From Octopus bimaculoides (Eukaryota), in assembly GCF_001194135.2 (NCBI RefSeq), contig NC_068981.1, positions 71,446,360-71,510,359 of the forward strand: a DNA stretch of 64,000 bases, in the 5' to 3' direction. A program made the position numbers and the translations under genes. Below the pieces are notes generated by a model. It did no database searches and was not told where the DNA came from. It was given only the letters and a program-made list of their open reading frames with translations. Positions 25,690 through 39,159 of this stretch are shown here, piece by piece. How positions within the stretch are numbered: the stretch's first letter is position 1; every line of letters starts with the position of its first letter.

Positions 25690-26070
25690 CTTATGTAAAG
25701 ATGCTTTCTTGGCGCAACGTATGGGCGTGTACCATAGAGCTAACTGTAAAAAGATAGGGATTTGTCAGTTCAGTTCCAGAAATCCTGAGTGTCTGTCCCT
25801 GAGGCCTAATAGACATAGAAAAAACGATATCACTGGAAACTGAAGATGTTTGACTTCAAATATCATAACTGATGGAAGAAAGGAATATGTGAAATGAAAA
25901 CATCTTCCTTAGCACCAGTGACAATGGTAAACTCAAGCAAATGCACAAGAGTTTTCTCAGCTAGTCTTCTACCGTTACTGAATTGTGGTACTTCCAAATT
26001 TCTTAGCAACATAAAGGGTTCTTTACTTCCAATTCTACATGGTGTCCCAGAATTAACCATCTACATCAGT
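25690..26070 (-). mobile_element. Helitron Pif1-like helicase C-terminal relic
   Basis: PFMLLRNLEVPQFSNGRRL...TIVTGAKEDVFISHIP and QGQTLRISG resemble MLLRNL...LCNGTRL...GEDVFIPRIP...KAQGQTL. Confidence 0.75.
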
Positions 26071-26111
26071 GAAATGTTTTTAAACGTTCACTTTTACTTA
26101 TGTTTATTATA

Positions 26112-27308
26112 TCAGGTCATCCCATAAGTTCTGTCTGATTTTACCTTTTGTAAAATTGAATGAAAGTTAATAGTATTTTAGAGTGTCTAATGGAATTAAA
26201 AATTATTTTTATGCATTTTTAAAATTAAAATTTCTTTGATTAAAACCTTCTCTAACATGGAAGTATCCAAAGAGCATTTAAGGTACATAATGCTTTAGGA
26301 GTACAAAAAAGGCAACTCTGCAGCCGAAGCGACTCGAAACATACACTGAGTTTATGGGAAAGAATTCTTGAATGAAAGAACTTGCAGAAGAGGGTTTGCA
26401 AAATTCAGAAGTGGAGATTTCAGCCTTGAAGATGAAGATCGAACAGGACGTCCAGTTGAGTTTGATGATAAGCTCCTTGAGGCATTACTTGAAGAAAATC
26501 CTACATTATCAGTTGAAGAATTGGCAATAAAGTTTAGTTCAAACCATACAACTGTTCATCGTCATCTTCAGCATCTTGGAAAGGTTCCTAAACTTGGAAA
26601 ATGGGTGTCTCATGAATTGTCCGAAAGCAACCGCAAGTCCCGAGTTGACATCTGCTTTTCTCTCCATTCTCGCGAACTCATTTCACCCTTTTGGATAGAC
26701 TTGTGACTGGTGACGAAAAATGNNNNNNNNNNNNNNNNNNNNNNNNNNNNNNNNNNNNNNNNNNNNNNNNNNNNNNNNNNNNNNNNNNNNNNNNNNNNNN
26801 NNNNNNNNNNNNNNNNNNNNNNNNNNNNNNNNNNNNNNNNNNNNNNNNNNNNNNNNNNNNNNNNNNNNNNNNNNNNNNNNNNNNNNNNNNNNNNNNNNNN
26901 NNNNNNNNNNNNNNNNNNNNNNNNNNNNNNNNNNNNNNNNNNNNNNNNNNNNNNNNNNNNNNNNNNNNNNNNNNNNNNNNNNNNNNNNNNNNNNNNNNNN
27001 NNNNNNNNNNNNNNNNNNNNNNNNNNNNNNNNNNNNNNNNNNNNNNNNNNNNNNNNNNNNNNNNNNNNNNNNNNNNNNNNNNNNNNNNNNNNNNNNNNNN
27101 NNNNNNNNNNNNNNNNNNNNNNNNNNNNNNNNNNNNNNNNNNNNNNNNNNNNNNNNNNNNNNNNNNNNNNNNNNNNNNNNNNNNNNNNNNNNNNNNNNNN
27201 NNNNATGATGAGGGAAAGTACATTGATGATTAAATTTCAATTAAATATAACATTTGATCACTTGTTTTATTTATTCAAAATTCGGACAGAACTTATGGGA
27301 TGACCTGA
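26112..27308 (+). mobile_element. Mariner element, full span, transposase pseudogene from ATG 26257; central part in a gap
   Basis: Perfect 24-bp TIRs tcaggtcatcccataagttctgtc with TA flanks (26110-11, 27309-10); FAKFRSGDFSLEDEDRTGRP, WVSHEL and VTGDEK motifs; in-frame TAG and TGA near the N-terminus. Confidence 0.93.
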
Positions 27309-27399
27309 TATTTAATATGCGTTAAAAGAGTATAATTTTTTTATAATTTTATAATTTTTATAATTTTTTCAAATTTTTTTATAAATTTATTTTCGTTCC

Positions 27400-27775
27400 T
27401 GCTGGATCCCGCTTATTTGTCACGACAGCTATTTTTTTTTTTTTTTTTTCAATTTGGCTGCAATCATTTTCTTTACCTCTATCCCAGGATCAAGTAATAG
27501 TTTAGCTGAGCTTAAAGAACTCATTCATTTAGCAGTGCAAGGGATAACTCCTGAAATGCTTCAAAATGTACTTCGCAATGCTAAAAGTAGATTTGAAATT
27601 TGCAGGGATAACAAACGGAATACTTGTTAAAAGTTTTCAATAAACTTTTGATGTTAGATTTATAAATCTATTTGTTTTGGTATCATAATTAAGTAATAAA
27701 GATAAAATTCCTATAATTTCTTTTTTAAAATTTACCCGATTTCATTGACATAGTTAATTCTGGGATACCCTGTAT
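27400..27775 (+). mobile_element. Tc3/DD37D-like transposon 3' fragment
   Basis: SLAELKELIHLAVQGITPEMLQNV..RFEIC; terminal ctgggataccctgTA. Confidence 0.6.
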
Positions 27776-28039
27776 ATTGTGGAGGACACTTGTGGGCTGA
27801 AGAGAATTGAAAAACTGTTTGATAGATGGCAACATTATTAACGTTACCTAGAAAGTAGATTAATGTGTAGCCTCTGGATTGGGTTGGTACATGCATTTGA
27901 ATAATGGTGATACACGATGTCATTTTGGGGAGCTAGGCTGGCACATATATGTGTATGTGTATGCCTGCTTGTGTGTGTTTGCATGTGGCTAGTTAAATGT
28001 AGTTATAGATATATATATGTATGTATATTTTATTATTTT

Positions 28040-28530
28040 AAACTTTCCACTGAGGAGGGAGCCGGTTTCCAACAAGGATACAAGTCTCCAATTTTGGGAT
28101 ACAAATTCACATATGGAACTTGAGAAAAGTCTTGCATATTTTTACTGGTCCATTCACAGATTGCATTTGTAATGTACGAATTAGCAGGTCGATTTCTCCT
28201 TCTAAAAATCCCAGTTTATCCAGGTTCTCCTTTAAGCATTTACTAACAAAACCTAGTGCTCCAATTATTATTGGCATGTATGTGAATTCAAAGTCTAGAT
28301 ATAGAAACTGGAGGTTTCGAAGCAGTTGTCCATAGATACCCTCCTTTTCTTTGATTTTCAAAGAGATATTTATGTTTGTAGGGCAGCTAGCCTCTATTAT
28401 GGTACATACCTTTACTCCTCTGTCCCAAACAACAATATCTCGGCCTGTTATGTTTACATTTGACAGAAGTTTTGATGAGAATATTCCACTAGTATTCCTT
28501 AAGTTGCAGTTTATGAATTTTTTCGTATGT
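28040..28530 (-). mobile_element. R4/CRE-like RLE non-LTR element, endonuclease domain and 3' end
   Basis: DIVVWDRGVKVCTIIEASCP...PIIIGALGFV...VKICKTFLKF* (PD-(D/E)xK-type). Confidence 0.85.
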
Positions 28531-28936
28531 ATGTACATGATGATAGATGCGTAAGAAAGTATGATCAAGAGAGTGAGATAGATGTTTAAAAAAAACTGAA
28601 TGAGAAAGAAAAACTAAGCTTAACGTGACAAGCTGACAATGTTTCTGCAGTTTACACTAACACTCCTACTCAACTACTACTCCACTATAACTTTTAGTCA
28701 CTTTATGTCGTTTTTCTTGACTCATCCCGACATTAGTCCAAAAGAACCTCAAACCAGAGATTTTTTTTCTCGTGTATTATTTTCCATTGCATCTGGATCT
28801 CCTTTCAAAGTTTGGTAAAGATTCGTTGAAAACTGGTGACGGTTGTTCAAGACAAACAGCGAAACTTACACGCGCGCACACACACACACACACGCGCATA
28901 TACACGCGCACGCATACAAACACACATACCTATATG

Positions 28937-28939
<3 letters not shown>

Positions 28940-28980
<41 letters not shown>

Positions 28981-29652
28981 NNNNNNNNNNNNNNNNNNNN
29001 NNNNNNNNNNNNNNNNNNNNNNNNNNNNNNNNNNNNNNNNNNNNNNNNNNNNNNNNNNNNNNNNNNNNNNNNNNNNNNNNNNNNNNNNNNNNNNNNNNNN
29101 NNNNNNNNNNNNNNNNNNNNNNNNNNNNNNNNNNNNNNNNNNNNNNNNNNNNNNNNNNNNNNNNNNNNNNNNNNNNNNNNNNNNNNNNNNNNNNNNNNNN
29201 NNNNNNNNNNNNNNNNNNNNNNNNNNNNNNNNNNNNNNNNNNNNNNNNNNNNNNNNNNNNNNNNNNNNNNNNNNNNNNNNNNNNNNNNNNNNNNNNNNNN
29301 NNNNNNNNNNNNNNNNNNNNNNNNNNNNNNNNNNNNNNNNNNNNNNNNNNNNNNNNNNNNNNNNNNNNNNNNNNNNNNNNNNNNNNNNNNNNNNNNNNNN
29401 NNNNNNNNNNNNNNNNNNNNNNNNNNNNNNNNNNNNNNNNNNNNNNNNNNNNNNNNNNNNNNNNNNNNNNNNNNNNNNNNNNNNNNNNNNNNNNNNNNNN
29501 NNNNNNNNNNNNNNNNNNNNNNNNNNNNNNNNNNNNNNNNNNNNNNNNNNNNNNNNNNNNNNNNNNNNNNNNNNNNNNNNNNNNNNNNNNNNNNNNNNNN
29601 NNNNNNNNNNNNNNNNNNNNNNNNNNNNNNNNNNNNNNNNNNNNNNNNNNNN

Positions 29653-29686
<34 letters not shown>
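28940..29686. repeat. (TA)n arrays flanking an assembly gap
   Basis: direct reading. Confidence 0.95.
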
Positions 29687-29689
<3 letters not shown>

Positions 29690-30494
29690 ACTCTGGGATT
29701 ATTAAGAAAAGTAAATCAAGTTAAAATCGAAACAGGTTCCATCAAAGTAGAAAGAAGTTTCCGTTGAAGAATATTTGTAGCGATAAAAGTGCAAGCTGAC
29801 CAACGGAATGCATCATACTTTATAACAATCGATTTCTGAGAGAACCCATTAAGCCTCTGGTGCTCGTTATTGTTTGTCAAATGATGGATGAGATGCCATC
29901 GATCCACTATAGGTTCTGGAGTTTGAGTGCATCCTATGCAACAGTTTACTAAGAAATCCAACTAGCAACTTATAAACAATTACTGCAATACATATATATA
30001 TATATAATTGTTTAAAATCTTCAGAAGAAAAATAAATATATCAACTTAAGTATCATTTCTTTTCGAATATTGACCTGTAGATTTTGAGGTTAAGTATCTG
30101 CGTATTAGTTTCTACGGTTTTGGCGGGCTTCTCTGAAGTATTATTCCCCCCCCTCCTCCTTCTCCTCTTCTTCCTCTGAACATCTTATAAAGAGATATCT
30201 TCCTTTCTTTATATAGAATAGTCTGTTTAACATTGCTACAAATACTGAAAGTAGAAATTGTATCTCCCAACACGCCAATGCTTGTGGTTCAAAATTATTT
30301 TCTGTGTCAGCTCCATAATGGCCTATGACATTCATTAAATGTGCTAAACTCTTGGTATGATTAATAAAGCAAATCAAATATACAGTAATAGGTGTGTGTA
30401 TGTGTGTGAATGTGTGCCTGTCTGTCTGTCTGTGCTGTACTGTAAATATGTAAATAGAATTTTGCAGTTGATTTTAACACAAACCTAAGAAATT

Positions 30495-30680
30495 ACTTTC
30501 TTCCTTTACTTGTTTCTGGCATTGAACTGCGACCATGCTGGACACCGATTTTAAGGTTTAGTCGAACAAGTTGATTCAAGTACTTCTTTTATGTCTGGAA
30601 TTTATTTTAATGGCCTTACATACCCAAGTTACGGGTATGTAAGTAAACCAATATCGGTTTTCAAGCAGAGTACGAACAAA
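30495..30680 (-). mobile_element. SINE family A 3' half
   Basis: ttacttgtttc..actgcgaccatgctgg..tagtcgaacaa. Confidence 0.7.
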
Positions 30681-31412
30681 CTCTTGTCTTCTCCGTTTCA
30701 GGGTACACAACCTGCCGTAACGTTTTGATTCTAACACTTTTTCCGATTTATTTATGGAATTATATTATATAATAAACATATATTTGTAATAATAAAAGTT
30801 AAATACTGTCTGTCCGTCTGAGACCCCTGTATCTCAGCTTACATTTGCTCTACATAGACATATTATACCTTTTTGGAATCAGTATGATCCCGGAATTGAA
30901 AATCTGCCCTTCATTTCGTTCTTGAACACCCAACATTGGGATCTGATTTAAAAGTATTTGCGTTGCTATTTCTAGAAGGTAAAGCTTGGATGATTCGTGC
31001 TATCTTGGTGGCGTTTGTCAAATGACGTCAGATATCAAGAGGGAGATAAATGATATTCGTTTTGTTAATTTTACGTCGAGATAAGAACTTTGGGACAAAT
31101 TGGCCAACAGTTGGAATCCAAGTTGGAACTGGAACAATAGAATGATTGCATTACAGAATTAATTCTCATCTATCCTTAACTTCTGATCAAAAACCACCGG
31201 GGAATATAGTCATTATAGATATATTATTAGATTTAGAATTAGATTTTAAGTTCAGACTAGATACGAATTTAAGTGTAGTTAATCTTTTTATAACTTTAGA
31301 TTCAGGTACTTACTGACAGATATTGCCCTTACTGTAAAGTTAATTAATAAGAAATTGCAGTATATTAACATAAACTCTAACTGTCCCCCACACTTAGCTA
31401 ATAATATTAGTA

Positions 31413-31557
31413 AGCGTGGCTATGTGGTAAGGAGCTTGCTTCCTAACCACATGGTTCCGGGTTCAATCTCACTGCGTGACACCTTGGGCAAGAGCCTTTT
31501 ACAATAGACTCGGACCGACCAAAACCTGGTGTAGATGGAAACTGAAAGAAGCCCGTC

Positions 31558-31603
<46 letters not shown>

Positions 31604-31854
31604 ATATGTATGTATATGTATATATATTTATGTGTGTGGCTGTGTTTGCCCCCACCATCGCTTCACAACCGATGTTGGTGTGTTTACGTCCTCGTAACTT
31701 AGCAATTCGGCAAAAAGAACCGATAGAATAAGTACTAGGTTTACAAAAAATAAGTCTTGGGGCCGATTTCTTCGACTAAAAACCCTTTAAGACGGTACTC
31801 TAACATAGCCACAGTCAAATGATTGAAACAAGTAAAAGAATAAAAGAACAAAAG
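31413..31854 (+). mobile_element. SINE family A, full length
   Basis: head, internal (TA)n/(TATG)n and tail all present. Confidence 0.9.
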
Positions 31855-32176
31855 TATCCTACTGATCCTCCGATGAGAAATCTTTTAACCGTACTTCTCT
31901 TTATTACAATGACATTAAAAGACGGTGTTTACATACAGAACAAAGCTGATAGGAAACTAAATACTATATGACATAATCCTCTCTATAGTTTTATATATGT
32001 CCCTTTCAATGTTTCCAGGACTTTCTTAACCTCATGAATAAACATTATCCCGCAGACCATGGATATCGTAGGATCTTTAAAAGAAATAGCGCTAAATTGA
32101 GCTACAGTCGCGCCAAAATTTTCACGGCCCACATACCTAGAAAAAAGATATTTACCATTGCGAATATGCAAACCTT

Positions 32177-32217
<41 letters not shown>

Positions 32218-32270
32218 TAATTGCAACAACTCTAATAGCTACTCGCTCATCAGTTGGTAACTATCTAAGG

Positions 32271-34097
32271 CAGGGGTGGACAACTCCTGGCACGCCAATA
32301 ACTTGTTTCTGGCACGCAAAACCCTCTCTCTAGTAACCCTCCATTTAACGACTTTCTCTCAATAATATATACTGACTTTTATTGCTCAGATACATTTTGC
32401 ATTATAAATTAGGTCTACCTTTATTTAATGATCTCCTCCCAGACCCGGCCAGTGTTTTGGTTTCAGCCTCCACAATTGGTATTCGTTGACAAGACAACCG
32501 CCTCACCTACTTATTCAAAAGCAGTTGTGACAAATTGACATTTCAAAAGTAATGTCCGTTACAACAGATGGTGCCCCAAGCATGACTGGTGAGAAGGCAC
32601 GATTTGTAAATCTGTTTGCAAAAGAGGTTGGTCATACACTGATAGATTTTCATTGCATCCTTCAGGTTGCAAAAGCTGGCCTGAAGGAACTTCAGGAAGT
32701 GATGCAAACTGTTACCAAGATTGTTAATTACATTTCTTGCTCACGCTTTAAATAAGAGACAATTTCAAGTTTACTGAATGAGGTAGAATATGTGTATAAA
32801 GGACTGAAAATGTACAACAATGTTCGATGGCTTAGCCGAGGTTTGGTTCTGAAATGATTTGTTGAATGCTTAAATGAGATGAAGTTCTTTTGGGGTAACC
32901 AACATGTTTCTTATTATGAATTGTCTGACATGTGGGTTTATAAACTGGTGTTTTTTTGCAGATTCTTGTGAACATTTGAATGATTTGAATGTTAAATTAC
33001 AGGGCTCTAGTAAGACACTTGATGTTATGTTTGGTTACATAAAGGCTTTTGAAATGAAGCCAGAAATAAGAAGGATGTGGACAATGAGAGACTCGGATAT
33101 TTCCCAAACCTAAAGAAGCCCATCAATGATCTCTCAAAAAATGACAGAACAGAGCGCCGTCTTCAAAAGCTGTTTGTAAACATTATCGAGTCAACTGTTG
33201 AGCAGTTTTTTACAAGGTTTGCTAAATTCAGGAAACTGGAAGAGACAGCAAAATTCATGAAATTTTCAGACATGATCAAACTGGAAGAGCTAAACTTACA
33301 AATGTTTTCATGAATAGAAATGGTTGATTTTGAAATGCAGTTGATTGAATTTCAAAGTAGTTCAGTTTGGAAGCAAAAATTAATTGACCATAGAGTTGAC
33401 TTAGAAAATATTGAAAAAAGGGATTAGACAGGAGTACCAGAGAGGAATGCGGAAAATGAATTATTAAGGACATGAAATGCCGTCCCAGAAACTTTTTCCA
33501 GCTTAAAAAACTTTGCAACAGCACTAATATCCATGTTTTCATCAACATATGCTTGTAAATTTTTGTTCTCAGTGATGAACCTTGCTAAGTCTTGTAATAG
33601 GAATAACCTGACGGATGAAACTAGTAGTGCAAGCATATCTCTGGAGGTTACGAAATATAAACCCGATACAAAATCTCTGTCATGAGTGATAATATTGTAT
33701 ATACATGTATATCGAAAGGAGTCAGCAAGTCTTCTGTCAAACTGATATTTTATCTAACTGATGTTTTCTTTTGAAAGTGGCAAAGGTTGCCAGCAAGTTT
33801 TCTGCCGGACTGATATTTTATCTGAAGTTTTCTTTTGAAAGTGGAAAAGGTTCATTATTGCTTAGATGTAACTTTGAAAGTGAATAAATGCATTTTCCAT
33901 CATTATATAATGTTTTACTACTCTATAGTGATTTTTTTTTTCATCATTTATTAAATAAGTTCTTAACATACACTTTCTTAAGAGATATCAGGTAGCCCAA
34001 TATGTTCTCAAAAAAATTTGGTTGGCACGTGGAAGACTTTTGTGTCAGAGATTTTGCCAGTTTTGACACGCACTCTCAAAACGGTTGCCCACCCCTG
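32271..34097 (+). mobile_element. hAT (Charlie/SPIN/GTF2IRD2-like) DNA transposon, internally deleted, 1827 bp
   Basis: TIRs caggggtggacaact / ggttgcccacccctg; decayed 8-bp TSD atctaagg vs gtctaagc; TTDGAPSM, FHCI, VRWLSRG and LISMFSSTYAC motifs with stops. Confidence 0.9.
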
Positions 34098-34119
34098 GTC
34101 TAAGCCCTTAGTTTATCGA

Positions 34120-34430
34120 ACTAAATTAAACAGAAAAGATTTATAGGACTTATTGGAAAGCCTTGCAAAAAAAGAGATTTGTATATATTCAGACACTTTG
34201 AAACACGCTTCACAGTCCAAGTATAGCTTGAATTGAAAGGGAGGTAGTAAAATTATAGACAATTATAAATTATAAAAGGTCATAATATTTACAATTACAG
34301 AACGCTTCTTTTACAATAATACTTCCAGAAAGTGCACTCTTTGTTTCTCAAAGAAGCATAGCACCCTATCATAACTTTGAACTGAAGATTGGAATTGATG
34401 AAATCTTACATAGACGTTTATTGGGAAATT
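34120..34430 (+). mobile_element. Possible Penelope-like GIY-YIG 3' relic
   Basis: YNNTSRKCTLC-like remnant only. Confidence 0.35.
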
Positions 34431-35104
34431 TTCAAATAACAATGGCTGAAGTCGCTTGTTTCTCACATAATGGATTTGCCACATCCAGAAAAAGAAATAA
34501 CATTCAGATATTCAACTCAAAAACTTCAAAATAAAAGTTACTTTCTTTACTTTCGTATATATTGTTCATAAGAGACTAAAGGCATAAAAATTTCATATTT
34601 TTGAATGTTAGCAGATGAATGTATCACGTGCCTTTCGTATGAGAATTGAATAGATGAATGTGTGACATATTTTCAAACATTTTCAACAAATTTCGATGGC
34701 TACTTCTGTTTACTTATATTTTTGGTTATATATTTTTACAGCTGCTTCCTTTCTATTGTCGTTTGAATAATTAATGACACGTGACTGAGTATTGCAATTC
34801 AAAAATCTTCAGATTCTTATAAAGTATGCACACTATACTTTATTTATTAAGTACCGTTTCTTCGTTTGTGAATACAAATTATACATGTGTAGATATGTGC
34901 ATTATATATGCATTACATTCATTATATATAGATATAAAAGTGGAACAAAAACGCAATAGATGGCAATAAAACATTCGGACAGATAGACGATGCAAAGGCG
35001 GACAAGAGAAACAACAATTAGACGGACAGGCAAAAAAAAGACGGGTCATTCGTGGCCTTCTTTCCTCAGTCAAGTACCAGAAGTCACGACCGTTTCGGGA
35101 AGTT

Positions 35105-35400
35105 TAATTCGTCTGTCGTTGTCGGCGATGACCAAGGACAGCACATGGGAGAAGAAGACGAGGCACAGTGTATTTGGCTGTGGTCAATCAGTCTAATGCG
35201 TGCTCAGAAGGCTCTGCCGCAGGTCGGGCACTGATGGTCTGTTAGGAGTTGGCACTGGTGGTCTGAAGGCAAAGAGTTGGCTCTGGACTCGTGTAGCTTG
35301 TATTTTATTTGATCTCTTGTCATCCTGTTCTGTTCGTGGGAGATGGCACCGCTGTTGTTGCAGCTTCGCCAGGTAGAGCGGTCTTCTGCTTGCGATACTT
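35105..35400 (-). mobile_element. RTE-clade LINE 3' end (C-terminal C2H2 finger + 3' UTR)
   Basis: DRSTWR...HQCPTCGRAF*ARIRLIDHSQIH; 3' end ggtcatcgccgacaacgacagacgaa. Confidence 0.7.
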
Positions 35401-35415
35401 AGGCGCGCGCGCGCG

Positions 35416-35487
<72 letters not shown>

Positions 35488-35697
35488 CCATTTTTATCAA
35501 TTTCTGCAAAAGTTTAACATAACTAATCAATGAGAGACATCATTATAGAAACGACTACAGGAAAATAATTCACAATTAATGTCACAATGCAATGCAAGAT
35601 ATCAATTATCAATATTCGTATAATAAAAGATAAAGTTTCTAGTTTTAATATTTCTTGTAATGCTAAACATATCGGTGTATGTATGCATGTGCGAGCA

Positions 35698-35729
<32 letters not shown>

Positions 35730-35771
35730 AGCAAGATTGATGCGGCCGATGTCAAACATCTGCAAGTCAAC

Positions 35772-35960
35772 TTATTTCTTTTATTGTTACTCATTTCTGT
35801 CATAGAACTGCAGCCATGCTGGGGCACTGCCCGTGAGTGTTTTAGTGGAACTTATTTTTAAATCCGATATTTATTCTATTAGTGTCTTTTGCTAAACCAC
35901 TAACTTGCGGGGACGTAAACAAACCAACACTGATTGTCAAGCAATAGTGATGGACAAACT
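35772..35960 (-). mobile_element. SINE family A 3' half
   Basis: similarity to the family tail. Confidence 0.75.
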
Positions 35961-36019
35961 CGATATGTTGAATTGCAAAATTCTAATGTGATATTTGTGT
36001 AATAACAAAATCAAACCTG

Positions 36020-36968
36020 GTGTGTGTGTATGTGTGTATGTGTGCTTATGTTACTGAGACTTTGTGTGTGTGTGTGTGTACATGTGCGTGTGTGTGTGCG
36101 TGTGTGTGCGCGTGTGTGTACNNNNNNNNNNNNNNNNNNNNNNNNNNNNNNNNNNNNNNNNNNNNNNNNNNNNNNNNNNNNNNNNNNNNNNNNNNNNNNN
36201 NNNNNNNNNNNNNNNNNNNNNNNNNNNNNNNNNNNNNNNNNNNNNNNNNNNNNNNNNNNNNNNNNNNNNNNNNNNNNNNNNNNNNNNNNNNNNNNNNNNN
36301 NNNNNNNNNNNNNNNNNNNNNNNNNNNNNNNNNNNNNNNNNNNNNNNNNNNNNNNNNNNNNNNNNNNNNNNNNNNNNNNNNNNNNNNNNNNNNNNNNNNN
36401 NNNNNNNNNNNNNNNNNNNNNNNNNNNNNNNNNNNNNNNNNNNNNNNNNNNNNNNNNNNNNNNNNNNNNNNNNNNNNNNNNNNNNNNNNNNNNNNNNNNN
36501 NNNNNNNNNNNNNNNNNNNNNNNNNNNNNNNNNNNNNNNNNNNNNNNNNNNNNNNNNNNNNNNNNNNNNNNNNNNNNNNNNNNNNNNNNNNNNNNNNNNN
36601 NNNNNNNNNNNNNNNNNNNNNNNNNNNNNNNNNNNNNNNNNNNNNNNNNNNNNNNNNNNNNNNNNNNNNNNNNNNNNNNNNNNNNNNNNNNNNNNNNNNN
36701 NNNNNNNNNNNNNNNNNNNNNNNNNNNNNNNNNNNNNNNNNNNNNNNNNNNNNNNNNNNNNNNNNNNNNNNNNNNNNNNNNNNNNNNNNNNNNNNNNNNN
36801 NNNNNNNNNNNNNNNNNNNNNNNNNNNNNNNNNNNNNNNNNNNNNNNNNNNNNNNNNNNNNNNNNNNNNNNNNNNNNNNNNNNNNNNNNNNNNNNNNNNN
36901 NNNNNNNNNNNNNNNNNNNNNNNNNNNNNNNNNNNNNNNNNNNNNNNNNNNNNNNNNNNNNNNNNNNN

Positions 36969-37015
<47 letters not shown>

Positions 37016-37140
37016 TCACACACACACACACACACCGGTCTATTTTATATAATAGACATATATATATGTATGTTTATGTATGTATGTATGTATGTATGTA
37101 TATGTGTATGTATGTATGCATGCATGTATGTATGTATGTG
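36020..37140. repeat. (GT)n / (CA)n / (TATG)n arrays around an assembly gap
   Basis: direct reading. Confidence 0.95.
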
Positions 37141-37144
37141 TATA

Positions 37145-37372
37145 TGTCTTTTTGTTTGTGTTTGTCCAATACCATCTCTTCACAAGCGATGTTGGTGTGT
37201 TTACGTCCCTGTAACTTAGCAGTTTGGCAAAAGAGACCATTAGAATAAGTACTAGGCTTTAAATAATAAGTCCTGATGTCGATTTCTTCGACTAAAATCC
37301 TTCAATGTGGTGCCCTAGCATCGTCACAGTCAAATGACTGAAACAATTAAAAGATAAAAAAAAAGATAAAAG
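37145..37372 (+). mobile_element. SINE family A 3' half
   Basis: similarity to the family tail. Confidence 0.8.
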
Positions 37373-39159
37373 ATCTACAGAAAAATAAAGCTGTTGTGGG
37401 AGATTTATACGAAGGGGGGAGGGAGTGTAAATGACATGCAATGCTGAGCCAAAACACTTGAAATGACAAACACCATTGGAACGATTTATCACAAAGGAAA
37501 CTGAAAATAAGTTTCTGTAATCATCGTCTTTTCAAAAGTATGCGACATATAGCAACATACAGTGTTATAGGTCCTATTCAAATTAGATTCAGTGGATAAT
37601 TAATACTCCACCTAGATTCCAGACTTACTGCTATCTCTCAATATTTCCAACAACAATTGTCATAACAGTGTTCCAAGAGAAACCGCATAAATGAATGAAT
37701 AGTTAATGACATTCTGGATAATTGTATTCATTAAGGTATAATCCTGGTTAAGCTACAACGTTTATATAATTTCACTGTTTTTCTATATCGTCTATACTTA
37801 CCTGTCGACAATACTTAAATTAGCATCATTCTTCTTGGGAAAAAAATGTTAATAATTACGAGATATTTGCAGATCTTCTCTTGCAATGAAATTTGTGTGA
37901 AATATTTGAATTAACTTATTTATTCATGAAGTAGAATATAACTGTTTCTGATTATTTAATAATCATTACTTATTAATCATTATCGTTAATACAATGAACT
38001 AAAAACTTCCTATAAACTTGTGATAATCATAGCTTTATGGTATATACTACATTGCTTTCATATCTGCTGATGAGAGTGACATCTATATATTTATAACAAT
38101 ATTTCTTTTTTGTTCTGTTATCATTTCTACAGTCAGTACTTAGAAATAGTCAATTAATCAACTGGATCAAAGAAACACTTGAAAGACCTCAATAATTATG
38201 TCCTCATCTAAAAATGTGGCATAACTATGTTTCTACAATGCTAATTCTACTGTACATCTTATTCGTTACGAAATGCATATCGTTTCGTTGTTGTGTAGCT
38301 TACAAAGTTAATGGCTTTAATTTCTAAAGAACTAATGAACTATACAGCTGGACAGAAAATAAAAGTTGGTGAATAAGATGAAATTCCAAATGGACAAAAA
38401 GCTTTATATAAAGAAAACAGTATTCTATTCTTGGTTATATTTGGAATATTTTATAAAACGCTGTTACACAAAATGTGCGCGCACACACACACGTGATTAC
38501 ACACACATGCGCGCGCGCGCACAATCGCACACACAAATACACATATACATACTTTCAAAAATCAAAAGAAATTAACATGACATGCTTACAATTGACAGCT
38601 ACAGTTCTTGCGTTTTGTAAGTGTGTATGTGTGTGTGTATGCGCGCACGAATTTCTGAGATGAAGAATTATAGTTATACTCTGATATATTTAAACTATTG
38701 TCTTCATCCCAGTTGCCAAAGTCACAACGTTTCACCTGAAACTTTATGACTATAGAAACCATAATGAAGACAGCAGTTCGAATATACGCGTATAATGTAT
38801 AATACGACATGTATTCAAGTAGTTGAGACTTTTTTCTTATGAAAGTCAGTTATAACTGTTCTAAGTTATTGCAATTTTAGTATATCATTACTATACATCT
38901 AATAAGCTGAGCTACCAACTTTTGTTATTTCAGATTGAAGGAGACTACTGTAACAACACTTTGAACAAATCCTACTAAATACTGCTTGTTACAGCTGATT
39001 AGTTTGCAGTATGCAGTAGGGACGTTTGGGAGCTCGCTATTCAATAACATTTCGTGTTAAACTGGGTAAGTATGCTACAAAATCATATGGAATACTCCAG
39101 ACTGCATATGGATTTACTTTCTCACTGGTATTAGAGCCTCAAGAACGGTATAGAGGAGC

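Noticed and set aside
35063-35100. Minus-strand GAAACGGTC...CTGAGGA (type-II hammerhead order)
   Set aside because: Stems I and II do not pair, and an RTE insertion abuts it.
38068-38150. CTGATGAG followed distantly by GAAATAGTC
   Set aside because: No convincing stem II over the ~65-nt interval.
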